From an uncultured Thermoanaerobaculia bacterium (lineage in GTDB: Bacteria > Acidobacteriota > Thermoanaerobaculia > Thermoanaerobaculales > Sulfomarinibacteraceae): DNA of 64,000 bases. The notes under the pieces were generated by a model, which was not told the origin of the DNA, did not search any database, and was given only the letters and a program-made list of their open reading frames with translations. Where the stretch lies: NCBI GenBank assembly GCA_964420405.1, contig CAYQTL010000005.1:8548-72547 (forward strand). The letters are read 5' to 3'. Both the position numbers and the translations under genes were made by a program. Positions within the stretch are counted from its first letter, which is position 1. Each line of letters opens with the position of its first letter. Of this stretch, positions 28,715 through 37,482 are shown piece by piece.

Positions 28715-28803
28715 GCTCCGATGCCGCGGCGGGTCGCTGCCATGGGCTCAGGGAGGCAAGTGGTTGCCGCCCAGCGGGAAGCGCTCGAGCATCGCCAGCC
28801 GGA

Positions 28804-30507
28804 TCACGACCGCTCGAGAAGCTCGCGGGCGTGGGCGCGGGCGGCGTCTGTCAGCCGGTCCCCCGACAGCATCCGCGCCAGCTCCTCGACCCGCGCCGCC
28901 GCGCCGAGGGTGGTGACCCGGGTGACGGTCCGCTCGCCCGCCACCCGCTTGTCGACCCGGTGATGGCTCGCGGCCCGCGCCGCCACCTGCGGCAGGTGGG
29001 TCACCACCACCACCTGGTCGACCTCTGCGAGGCTCGCCAGCAGCTCGGCGAGGGCCGCCGCCGCGCCGCCACCGAGACCGGAGTCCACCTCGTCGAACAG
29101 CAGGGTGAGGGCGCCGCGCCGCGACCGGCGCCGCAGCACCGTCCGCAGCGCCAGGTGGATCCGCGACAGCTCGCCGCCGGAGGCGATCCGGGCCATCGGC
29201 CGTGGCTCCTCGCCGGGATTGGGCGCGATCAGCAGCTCGTACTCCTCGACGCCGTCGGGGCCGAATGCCACCGGTCGTCCGCCGCGCACCAGCGGCGACG
29301 ACGGATCGGGCCGGCACCGGCTGTCGAGGTCGAGCCGCGTGCCGCCCATGGCGAGGCCGTCGAGCACGCGGCCAACCTCGGCCGCCAGCTCGCGGCCGGC
29401 CGCCGTGCGGGCCGCCTCCAGCCGCCGCGCGACCGCGTCGTAGGCATCCAGCGCCTGCCGTTCGGCGGCGGCGGCCTCGTCGATCCGCTCCTCGACCGCC
29501 TCGAGCTCCGCCCGCTCCTCGAGCAGCCGCTCGCGGTGGGAGCGCACCTCGTCGACGGTCGCTCCGTACTTCAGCAGCAGCTGCTCGAGCCGGTGCAGCC
29601 GGCTCTCGACCTGCTCGAGCTCGGCCGGGTCCTCGGCGACGTCGGCCGTCATCCCCTGCAGCTCGCGGACCACCTCCTCGACCACCACCCGCGCCTCGCC
29701 GAGGCGGCCCGCGGCGTCGACCACCGCGAGGCCGCACGACGCCATCTCCCGCAGCTCGCGCTCGGCCTTCGCCAGCGCCTCCACCGCGGACCCGTCGGCC
29801 TCCGACAGGCGGCCGAGGACGGCACCGGACAGCTCCATCACCCGCACCGCGTGGCGCAGCAGCTGGCGCCGCTGCCGCAGGTCACGGTCCTCTCCGGGGG
29901 AGGGGTCGACGCCGTCGATCTCCGCGAGCTGGAACGCGATCGCGTCGAGCCGGTCGCGCCGTCCGGTGCGCGCGGTCCGCAGCGCCTCGAGTCCGTCGCG
30001 GGCGTCCCGCCACCGTCGCCACGCTCCCCGCAGCTCGTCGACCTGCGGCTCGAGGCCGCCGAACCGGTCCACCAGCTCACGCTGCACCGCCGGCTCGGCG
30101 AGGCCGTACTGCTCGTGCTGGCCGTGGATCGACAGCAGCTGGGGCGCGATCCGCTGCAGCGCGCCGGCGGTGACCGGCACGTCGTTGAGCCAGCACCGGC
30201 TGCGGCCCTCGGCGGCGACCTCCCGCCGCACCACCAGCTCCTCGTCGGCGTCGACTCCGAGCTCCGCCAGCGCCGCCTCGAGCTCGGGCGACGAGCCGGG
30301 GGCGAAGAAGCCCTCCACCCGCAGGCGGTCCTCGCCGGTGCGCACCATGTCGGTCTGGGCCCGCTGGCCGGCGAGGAGCTTGAGCGACTCCACCAGCAGG
30401 GACTTGCCGGCTCCGGTCTCGCCGGTCAGGGCCACGAAGCCCGGCTCGAGGTCGAGCTCGACCTCGTCGATGATCGCCAGACCGCGCACCCTCAGCCGCT
30501 CGAGCAC
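28804..30507 (-). CDS. recN: DNA repair protein RecN
   Basis: LRVRGLAIIDEVELDLEPGFVALTGETGAGKSLLVESL, long coiled coil, C-terminal ASGGELSRIHLAL...LLFDEVDSGLGG. Start GTG 30507 (alternative GTG 30534). Confidence 0.93.
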   Translation of the reverse strand: MLERLRVRGLAIIDEVELDLEPGFVALTGETGAGKSLLVESLKLLAGQRAQTDMVRTGEDRLRVEGFFAPGSSPELEAALAELGVDADEELVVRREVAAEGRSRCWLNDVPVTAGALQRIAPQLLSIHGQHEQYGLAEPAVQRELVDRFGGLEPQVDELRGAWRRWRDARDGLEALRTARTGRRDRLDAIAFQLAEIDGVDPSPGEDRDLRQRRQLLRHAVRVMELSGAVLGRLSEADGSAVEALAKAERELREMASCGLAVVDAAGRLGEARVVVEEVVRELQGMTADVAEDPAELEQVESRLHRLEQLLLKYGATVDEVRSHRERLLEERAELEAVEERIDEAAAAERQALDAYDAVARRLEAARTAAGRELAAEVGRVLDGLAMGGTRLDLDSRCRPDPSSPLVRGGRPVAFGPDGVEEYELLIAPNPGEEPRPMARIASGGELSRIHLALRTVLRRRSRRGALTLLFDEVDSGLGGGAAAALAELLASLAEVDQVVVVTHLPQVAARAASHHRVDKRVAGERTVTRVTTLGAAARVEELARMLSGDRLTDAARAHARELLERS

Positions 30508-30591
30508 GGCACGGATCGTACCATCGGAGACCACTGCGGACGGTGTACCCTCGTCGGGTCCGGGACCCGCTCCCGGCCCCGGAGGTGCCCG

Positions 30592-30963
30592 ATGCCGACC
30601 CCCGTCGTCCGCCACATCGACCAGCCCCCCGCCGGCGAGGTGGAGCGCGCCACCGGCGCCACCATCCAGGTGCTGCTCGGCCCCGACGACGGCGCGCCAC
30701 GGTTCGTCACACGCCGGTTCACGATCGCGCCGGGTGGCCGTATCCCGCGCCACCGCCACGCCGACATCGAGCACCAGCAGGTGGTGCTCGAGGGCCGCAT
30801 GACCCTCGGGCTGGACGGTCGCGCGATCGACGTCGGGACGGGCGACTGCGTGTACATCCCGCCCGGGGTCGCCCACTGGTACGAGAACCGCGGCGAGGAG
30901 CCGGTGCGCTTCCTGTGCATCGTACCCGTCACCGACGGCTACCAGACCGAGTGGCTCGACTGA
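30592..30963 (+). CDS. Cupin domain protein
   Basis: PGGRIPRHRHADIEHQQVVLEGRMTL...GDCVYIPPGVAHWYEN. SD GGAGG lies 6 nt upstream of ATG 30592. Confidence 0.85.
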   Translation: MPTPVVRHIDQPPAGEVERATGATIQVLLGPDDGAPRFVTRRFTIAPGGRIPRHRHADIEHQQVVLEGRMTLGLDGRAIDVGTGDCVYIPPGVAHWYENRGEEPVRFLCIVPVTDGYQTEWLD

Positions 30964-31045
30964 CGTCCGTCCCCGCACGTCGTCCCGAACGTCTCGCCGG
31001 ATGCGGCCTCCCCATGCCGTCATCCTGAGGATCGGGACGACGCGC

Positions 31046-31672
31046 TCAGAGGTCCGCGCAGCGGACGAGAACCTCCCGCCACGCCCGGTCGACCTCGGAG
31101 GCGAGCGCCTCCGGCGGACCCGAGTTGTCGACCACGACCTGCGCCAGGTCGCGCTTGTGGTCGATCGGCTTCTGGGCCGCCAGCAGGGCACGGGCGCGGT
31201 CGGCCGGCATGCCCCGCCCCACCGCGCGCTCGAGCTGCTGCTCGGGCCGGCACCAGACGACCGCCACGACGTCGTAGTCCCGCCACGAGCCGGTCTCCAC
31301 CAGCAGCGCCGCCTCGACCACCGCCGGGCCCTGTGGGCGAGCGGCGAGCCAGGCCGCGACGCGCCCGCGCACCAGCGGATGGACCGCTTCCTCGAGCCGC
31401 CGTCGCTCGCCGGCGTCGGCCGCGACCAGCGCGGCGAGCGCCTCGCGGTCGACCCCCCCGTCCGGGTCGAGCGCCTCCGGTCCGAACAGCCGCCCCACCT
31501 CGGCGGCACCGGCGGCGCCGGGGCGGTACAGCTCGTGGACGACACGGTCGGCGTCGAGCACCGGCACCCCGCGGGCAGCCAGCTCCGCGGCCACCGTCGA
31601 CTTGCCCGAGGCGAGGCCGCCCGTCAGACCGACGGCGCAGGCTCGACGCTCGCGACCGGAATCAGGTCCCAC
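31046..31672 (-). CDS. coaE: Dephospho-CoA kinase
   Basis: VGLTGGLASGKSTVAAELAARGVPVLDADRV...HPLV. The start may be slightly downstream of 31672, which overlaps the folD end. Confidence 0.9.
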   Translation of the reverse strand: MGPDSGRERRACAVGLTGGLASGKSTVAAELAARGVPVLDADRVVHELYRPGAAGAAEVGRLFGPEALDPDGGVDREALAALVAADAGERRRLEEAVHPLVRGRVAAWLAARPQGPAVVEAALLVETGSWRDYDVVAVVWCRPEQQLERAVGRGMPADRARALLAAQKPIDHKRDLAQVVVDNSGPPEALASEVDRAWREVLVRCADL

Positions 31673-32588
31673 GACGGGCCTTCGCCGCAGCGAGGGTGTT
31701 CGCCATGAGCATGGCGATCGTCAGCGGCCCGACGCCGCCCGGCACCGGCGTGATGCGGGCCGCCTTCGGCGCCACCGCCGCCACGTCGACGTCGCCGGCG
31801 AGCACCGCCCCACGCTTCTCGAACGCCCGCATCTTCTTCTCGTTGCCCGGGAAGAGCCGCTCGACGTCGGCGCGGTCGGTCACCCGGTGCATCCCCACGT
31901 CCACCACCACCGCCCCGTCCCGCACGTGGTCTGGCCCGACCAGCGCCAGCCGCCCGACCGCGGCGATCAGCAGGTCGGCCTCGCGCGTGACCGCCGCCAG
32001 GTCGCGGGTGCGGGAGTGGCACAGGGTCACGGTGGCGTGGGCGTGCAACAGCAGCGCCGCCATCGGCTTGCCGACGATGTCGGAGCGGCCCACCACCACC
32101 GCGCGGCTGCCCCGGACCTCGATCCCCTCACGCCGCAGCATCTCCATCACGCCGGCCGGCGTGCACGGGGCGATACGGTGCCGTCCTTGCTGCAGGAGGC
32201 CGGCGTTGCGGGCGGTGAGGCCGTCCACGTCCTTGGCGGGGTCGATGCGGTCGATCACGGCGTGGGGGTCGAGGTGGCCGGGGAGCGGCAGCTGGACCAG
32301 GATCCCGTCCACCTCCGGGTCGGCGTTGAGCCGCTCCACGACCCGTTCGACCTCGCGCTGGGCGGCGCCGGCGCCGAGCCGGTGGACCTCGGATCGCATA
32401 CCGAGCTCGCCGCACGTCCGCGCCTTGGAGCCCACGTAGACCTCGGACGCCGGGTCGTCGCCCACCAGCACGACGTCGAGTCGGGGCGCCACGCCCCGGC
32501 CGGCGAGCACCGCCACCTCGTCGGCGACCTCCTGCTGGATCTCCCTGCCGATCCGCGTCCCGTCGAGCCTCTTCGCGTCGTCGATCAC
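31662..32588 (-). CDS. folD: Bifunctional methylenetetrahydrofolate dehydrogenase/cyclohydrolase
   Basis: LDVVLVGDDPASEVYVGSK...QLPLP...VVGRSDIVGKPMAALL...TPVPGGVGPLTIAML. GTG start preceded by GGAGACGGAGGAGACG. Confidence 0.96.
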   Translation of the reverse strand: MIDDAKRLDGTRIGREIQQEVADEVAVLAGRGVAPRLDVVLVGDDPASEVYVGSKARTCGELGMRSEVHRLGAGAAQREVERVVERLNADPEVDGILVQLPLPGHLDPHAVIDRIDPAKDVDGLTARNAGLLQQGRHRIAPCTPAGVMEMLRREGIEVRGSRAVVVGRSDIVGKPMAALLLHAHATVTLCHSRTRDLAAVTREADLLIAAVGRLALVGPDHVRDGAVVVDVGMHRVTDRADVERLFPGNEKKMRAFEKRGAVLAGDVDVAAVAPKAARITPVPGGVGPLTIAMLMANTLAAAKARRGT

Positions 32589-33331
32589 CGTCTCCTCCGT
32601 CTCCGATCCCGATCCCGATCCCGATCCCGACGAGAGCCTCGCACGCCCTCGTACAGCGTCGCCACCCCGCCGGTGAGGGGCGTCGCACGCACTCGGCCCA
32701 GCCCGGCCGCCTGGAGCCGCTCACACATCGCCCGTCCCGACGGAAACCGCTCCACCGAGGCGGGCAGGTAGGCGTACGCCGCCGGGTCGCCCGAGACCAG
32801 GCGCCCGACGAGCGGCGGCACGAACCGCGCCCACGCCCGCAGCGCGGGTCCCAGCGGGCCGCCGGGCCGCGAGAGCTCCAGCACCAGCACCACGCCGCCG
32901 GCCGCGGTCACCCGCACCAGCTCGGCGAGCCCGTGGTCCAGATCCTCGAAGTTGCGGACCCCGAACGCCACCGTCACGGCGTCGAAGGTGCCGTCCGCGA
33001 ACGGCAGCGCGAGCGCGTCGGCCGCGGCCAGGGCGATGTCCGATCCGGAGCGCGCGACCTTCGGACGGGCGCGGGCCAGCATCGGCAGGCAGAAGTCGCA
33101 GCCGACCGCGCCGTGGCGCCCGGCGCACGCCAGCGCGACGTCGGCGGTACCCGTGCAGACGTCCAGCAGCCGCGCCGGCCGCGACGCCGCCACTCGCCTG
33201 GCCAGCAGCCGCCGCCAGCGCACGTCGGAGCCGAGCGACAGCAGCCGGTTGAGCAGGTCGTACCGGTGGGCGATGCGCGCGAACATGCCGCGGATGTCGT
33301 CCGCCCGCCGGGCGAGCAGCTCCTCCCGCAT
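32585..33331 (-). CDS. ubiE: Demethylmenaquinone/ubiquinone C-methyltransferase (UbiE/MenG family)
   Basis: FARIAHRYDLLNRLLSLGSDVRWRR, LLDVCTGTADVAL, FGVRNFEDL and LVLELSRP. The ORF runs on through the hexamer array, giving a ...RRDRDRDRDRRRRRR tail. Confidence 0.88.
   Translation of the reverse strand: MREELLARRADDIRGMFARIAHRYDLLNRLLSLGSDVRWRRLLARRVAASRPARLLDVCTGTADVALACAGRHGAVGCDFCLPMLARARPKVARSGSDIALAAADALALPFADGTFDAVTVAFGVRNFEDLDHGLAELVRVTAAGGVVLVLELSRPGGPLGPALRAWARFVPPLVGRLVSGDPAAYAYLPASVERFPSGRAMCERLQAAGLGRVRATPLTGGVATLYEGVRGSRRDRDRDRDRRRRRR
32601..32633 (-). repeat. Hexamer array TCGTC-(GGGATC)4-GGAG on the folD sense strand, G-quadruplex-capable
   Basis: Four perfect GGGATC units at 32605-32628, ending 19 nt upstream of the folD GTG. 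The array lies inside the 3-prime end of the ubiE reading frame. Confidence 0.9.
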
Positions 33332-33379
33332 CGGCGGAGGGTAGCACGCCGGCCCGGCGCGATCCCGACCCCGAGCGCT

Positions 33380-33928
33380 TTACAGCAGCACCTCGCGCAG
33401 TGCCTCGAACGCCCGGCGGCGGTGTGAGATGGCGTTCTTCTCGGCACTGTCCATCTCGGCGTAGGTGCGGCCGTCGCCACCGTCGGGAACGAACGCGCTG
33501 TCCCAGCCGAAGCCGCGGCGACCGCGGGGTGCGCGCGCGATCCGGCCCGTCACGACGCCCTCGCCGAGCACCTCGCTGCCGCCCTCGAAGGCGCAGGCGA
33601 GGCAGCGCACGGTGGCCGAACGGTCGTCGAAGCAGGACGCGATCCGGCAGATGCCCTCCGGGCCGACGCTCGCCAGCAGCCACCGCACCAGCGGACCGGG
33701 AAACCCTCCCAGGCCCGCCAGCTCGAGCGACGTGTCCTCCACCAGCACCGGCGCGCCGAGCCGCTCGAACGCGGCGCCCGCCTTGGCCCGCACCACCTCG
33801 ACGAGGTCGAGCGACTGGATCTCGGGCAGGTCGAGCGCACGGTGGCGCAACGGGCAGCCGAGCACCTCCTCCGCCTCGCGGAGCTTGCCGAGGTTCGAGG
33901 TCACGAACACCGCGTCGTCGAGCCGCAT
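33380..33928 (-). CDS. rdgB: Non-canonical purine NTP pyrophosphatase (RdgB/HAM1 family)
   Basis: VFVTSNLGKLREAEEVLG...EDTSLELAGLGGFPGP...GFGWDSAFVP...TYAEM...KNAISHRRRAFEAL. Confidence 0.9.
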   Translation of the reverse strand: MRLDDAVFVTSNLGKLREAEEVLGCPLRHRALDLPEIQSLDLVEVVRAKAGAAFERLGAPVLVEDTSLELAGLGGFPGPLVRWLLASVGPEGICRIASCFDDRSATVRCLACAFEGGSEVLGEGVVTGRIARAPRGRRGFGWDSAFVPDGGDGRTYAEMDSAEKNAISHRRRAFEALREVLL

Positions 33929-33937
33929 CGACCCTCC

Positions 33938-35518
33938 TCACAGCTCCAGGGCGGCGCCGCTCATCTCCTCGGCCGCGAGCCGGTAGACCGCGATCTTGCG
34001 CGACAGCCCCTTGAGCTGGACGTTGCCGAGGTGCTCCGTCGGGAACAGGTGGGCCACCGCCGCCTGGGTGGTCTCGCCGAGGATCACCTGGCCCGGACGC
34101 GCGACGTACTCCTCGAGGCGCGCCGTGACGTTGACCGTGTTGCCGAGCACCGTGTAGTCGACCCGGGTCTCCGAGCCGATGTCGCCCACCACGACCGGCC
34201 CCGAGTGGATCGCCACCCGCACCTCGATCGCCTCGAGCCCCTCCTTGCGCCGCTCGCGGTTCCAGCGCGACAGCCCGCGCATCAGGGCGAGGGAGCTTCG
34301 CACCGCCCGCTCGGCGTGGTCGTCCTGCGGCAGCGGCGCGCCGAAGAACGCCATCACCGCGTCGCCGATGAACTTGTCGAGGGTGCCGCCGTACTCGAAG
34401 ATCGCCTCGGCCGCGAGCGAGAAGAACTGGTTGAGGAAGGCCGCCACCTCCTCCGGCGGCAGGCTCTCGCAGCGGGGCGTGAACCCGACGATGTCGGCGA
34501 GCAGGATCGACGTCTCGCGCAGCGTGACCGCCGGCGTCTCGTGCTCCGGCGCCGACAGCACCGCCTCGATCACGGCCGGCGAGTGGTAGCGCACGAGGCG
34601 GGCGCGGGCCAGCTGCTCCCGCCGGATGCGCTCGTTCAGCTTCGCCCGCTCGATCGCGACCGCCGCGTAGTTGGCCAGGGCGGTCAGCAGGTCGAGGTCG
34701 CTGGTCGAGAACGAGCCGACGTGCAGCGGCGAGTCGACGTAGATCACGCCGACCACCAGCTCGCGGTGCCACAGCGGCGCGCACATGGCGGAGCGGATCT
34801 GGTGGATGCGGACGCTGCGCCCGGCCTCGAATCGCTGGTCGGCCTGGGCGTCGTGGGTCAGGATCGCGACCTTCTGCCGCACCACGAGGTCGAGGATCGT
34901 GCGCGACATGGGGACATCGGGCGTCGCCCCGCCGTCGGAGCCGCGGGTCCGGTACAGCTCGAGCCGGGGATGACCGCCGTCGTCGAACAGGACGATGAAG
35001 CCGCGGTCGACCAGCAGCTGCTCGAACACCACGTCCATCACCTTCTCGAGCACCGGCTCGAGCTCCTCCACCTGGATCAGGGTCTTGGCGACCTGGGCGA
35101 GGATCCCGAACACCCGCTCCCTAACCCCGAGCTCGCGGGACAGGGAGCCCTGCGACTCACCTTCGAGACCGTAGTCCTGGTTGAACTCGGACAGCGGCCG
35201 AAGGTAGGTCGCGGACGACAGCCCGCCGGAGCCGCCGATCGCCTCCTCGACCTCGAGACGGAACGAGCCGATGGCGAGCAGGTCGCCGGCGGCGATCGGG
35301 CCGGACCGGACGAACTCGTCGTTGACCTTGACCCCGTTGGTCGAGTCCAGGTCGACGACGTGCAGCTCGCCGTCCCGCTCCTCGAGCCGGGCGTGGTGGC
35401 GGGAGACCGAGAAGTCGCGCAGCACGATGTCGTTGCCGCTCGCGCGGCCGAGTGTCAGCCCGTCCCGGGCGGGCACCCGCTGGGTCGCCCCGCCGTCGTC
35501 GTACACCAGCTCGAGCAT
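33938..35518 (-). CDS. FHA-GAF-class III adenylate/guanylate cyclase
   Basis: FHA (LTLGRASGNDIVLRDFSVSRHHARLE...STNGVKVN), central GAF-like region, and cyclase domain (LLADIVGFTP...KFIGDAVMAFFGAP...GNTVNVTARLE). Confidence 0.9.
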   Translation of the reverse strand: MLELVYDDGGATQRVPARDGLTLGRASGNDIVLRDFSVSRHHARLEERDGELHVVDLDSTNGVKVNDEFVRSGPIAAGDLLAIGSFRLEVEEAIGGSGGLSSATYLRPLSEFNQDYGLEGESQGSLSRELGVRERVFGILAQVAKTLIQVEELEPVLEKVMDVVFEQLLVDRGFIVLFDDGGHPRLELYRTRGSDGGATPDVPMSRTILDLVVRQKVAILTHDAQADQRFEAGRSVRIHQIRSAMCAPLWHRELVVGVIYVDSPLHVGSFSTSDLDLLTALANYAAVAIERAKLNERIRREQLARARLVRYHSPAVIEAVLSAPEHETPAVTLRETSILLADIVGFTPRCESLPPEEVAAFLNQFFSLAAEAIFEYGGTLDKFIGDAVMAFFGAPLPQDDHAERAVRSSLALMRGLSRWNRERRKEGLEAIEVRVAIHSGPVVVGDIGSETRVDYTVLGNTVNVTARLEEYVARPGQVILGETTQAAVAHLFPTEHLGNVQLKGLSRKIAVYRLAAEEMSGAALEL

Positions 35519-35571
35519 GATGGCTCATTGTACCCCGCGGCGGCCGCGGAGGCCGACGGCCGGCGGCGGGC

Positions 35572-36621
35572 TCAGGGACGGGCGCCGTCGCGGGTCGCGG
35601 TGGCTCGCATCCCGTAGAACTCGAGCACCTGCTCGCGGGCCCGTCGTGCGGTGTCGTCCTCCACCTGGAGGTTGGAGACCTCGGCGGGGGGCGCGCCGCA
35701 GCGGTACAGCTGCGCGGCCGCGACCGACCACCAGGGCTCGAGACCGTGCAGCAGCACCTGCTGCCACGCCCCGCAGGCCTCGGCGCCGAAAGGGTCCTTT
35801 ACCCACGGCAGGCCCAGGACCGCCATCTGGGACCTCACCGCCTCGGCCTCGTCGATCCGGCAGCCCGGCCCCGCGTGGCGGTCGACCCACTCCTCGAACG
35901 CCTCCATCGCCCGCAGGTAGGTCTTGGTGCCCCAGCCGGCGCGCGGTCCGGTCGGCTTGTCGACGAACTTCTCCAGCGCGAGCCCTTCCACCAGCCGCAC
36001 GATGCCGATGCGGGTCTCGTCCCGACCGCTCTCCTGGTAGGCGCGGACGAGCAGCGTCAGGTCGGCCGGCTCGACGAGCCGGTCGAGCGCGCGCAGGGCG
36101 GCGCCACGGCCGCGCTGCAGGACCACCCCGGAGTAACCCGGAAGGGTCCGCTCCTCGAGCGCCAGCAGGGCCTGCAGCCAGAAGGCCGTGAGCGGCTGTC
36201 GCCGCAACGTCTCTTCGACGGCCTCCATCTCGCGGGCCAGCAGTCGGGCGCTGCGGTCGTCGATCGGCTGTCGAAGGTCCGGCGGGTGGTCGCCGATCAG
36301 GTCCCGGTAGCCCCACGCGGCCGCCTGGCGGATCTGCTGCGACTCCCGACCGACGGCGTCGCGGTACACCGGCAGCATCTCGGGGTCGTGGAACGCCGCC
36401 GCACCGAGCAGCAGCACCACCCGGCTGCGTTCGTCGAGCTCGTCGCCGAGCCACAGCCGCACGAGGCCGGCCGGGCCGGGCCAGCTCCGCAGGGCGCGCG
36501 CCTGCACCGGGTGGCGCGCCACGGTGTCGAAGTAGCTGCCAGGGAAGTAGCGGACCTCGGGCGCCCCGAACCCGGGGGTCGCGGCGGCGAGGGCCGCGGT
36601 GAGCAGGAGAGTGGCGGACAT
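35572..36621 (-). CDS. Hypothetical secreted helical-repeat protein
   Basis: Signal peptide MSATLLLTAALAAATPGFG. SD GGAAGGAG lies 8 nt upstream of ATG 36621. All-helical, HEAT-like. The rest of ORF 35572..38727 is an antisense shadow. Confidence 0.7.
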   Translation of the reverse strand: MSATLLLTAALAAATPGFGAPEVRYFPGSYFDTVARHPVQARALRSWPGPAGLVRLWLGDELDERSRVVLLLGAAAFHDPEMLPVYRDAVGRESQQIRQAAAWGYRDLIGDHPPDLRQPIDDRSARLLAREMEAVEETLRRQPLTAFWLQALLALEERTLPGYSGVVLQRGRGAALRALDRLVEPADLTLLVRAYQESGRDETRIGIVRLVEGLALEKFVDKPTGPRAGWGTKTYLRAMEAFEEWVDRHAGPGCRIDEAEAVRSQMAVLGLPWVKDPFGAEACGAWQQVLLHGLEPWWSVAAAQLYRCGAPPAEVSNLQVEDDTARRAREQVLEFYGMRATATRDGARP

Positions 36622-36675
36622 CGCTGGTGCTCCTTCCGTCCACATGCGAGCATACCCAACGTGTCCACCCGGGTG

Positions 36676-37461
36676 ATGCTGACGGTGGCGTATCTCGGCA
36701 CGCCGTTCGCCGGCTGGCAGCGACAGCCCGGACGGCCCACGGTCCAGGGCGAGCTCGAGGCCGCCCTCGGCCGGGTGCTGGGGCGGCCCGCTGCGGGGGT
36801 GGTCGGGGCCGGCCGCACCGACGCCGGGGTCCACGCCGCCGGCCAGGTGGCCCACGTGGACCTGCCCGCCCGGGTCCCGCCCGACGACCTCTGCCGAGCC
36901 CTCAACCGGGTCCTGCCGGAGGCGATCCGGATCCGCCGGCTGCGGCCGGCAAGCCCCCGGTTCCACGCCCGCCGGGACGCTGTCGCCAAGCGCTACGTCT
37001 ACCGACTGCGCACCCGCCCGGCCGCGCTGCCGTGGGTCGGCCTGCGGACCGCCGTCGTCCCCGGCCCGCTCGACCTCGGGCTGCTGGAACGGGCGGCGGC
37101 ACGCCTGCCCGGGACCCGCGACTGGGCGTCCTTCACGGTGACCGATCCCGGACCGGGCGGCAGCGTGCGAACGGTGTACGGCGTCCGCGCCCGCCGACGC
37201 CGCGACGGCGTCGACCTCGAGTTCCTCGGCGACGGGTTCCTGCGGTACCAGGTGCGACGGATGGTCGGCGCGGTGCTCGAGGTCGCCTCCGGCGAACGCG
37301 CACTCGAGGACCTCGGTGCGCTGCTGGAGACGCCGCGGCCGGGAGCGGCGATCCGCACCGCGGCCGCGACCGGGCTGACGCTGGAGAGGGTCTGGTACGG
37401 TCCCCTGCGGCCCCCGCCGCGGCCGCCGGAGCAGCCCGGGGCCGCGCCGGCCGTGTGCTAG
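36676..37461 (+). CDS. truA: tRNA pseudouridine(38-40) synthase
   Basis: VAYLGTPFAGWQRQ...GAGRTDAGVHAAGQVAHVD...FLRYQVRRMVG. Start ATG 36676 or GTG 36661. Confidence 0.92.
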   Translation: MLTVAYLGTPFAGWQRQPGRPTVQGELEAALGRVLGRPAAGVVGAGRTDAGVHAAGQVAHVDLPARVPPDDLCRALNRVLPEAIRIRRLRPASPRFHARRDAVAKRYVYRLRTRPAALPWVGLRTAVVPGPLDLGLLERAAARLPGTRDWASFTVTDPGPGGSVRTVYGVRARRRRDGVDLEFLGDGFLRYQVRRMVGAVLEVASGERALEDLGALLETPRPGAAIRTAAATGLTLERVWYGPLRPPPRPPEQPGAAPAVC

Positions 37462-37482
37462 ACTGCCGGGTCTCGAGGCGCC

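Noticed and set aside
30978-31042. 11-bp perfect inverted repeat CGTCGTCCCGA ... TCGGGACGACG between the convergent cupin and coaE genes
   Set aside because: Most simply a bidirectional transcription-terminating stem between convergent genes. It shares only the TCGGGA core with the hexamer family, so it is not counted as a member.
32589-32660. ZTP (pfl) or THF riboswitch upstream of folD
   Set aside because: folD starts 4 nt inside the ubiE stop overlap. The only upstream sequence is the ubiE coding end and hexamer array, and none of the pfl consensus blocks are present.
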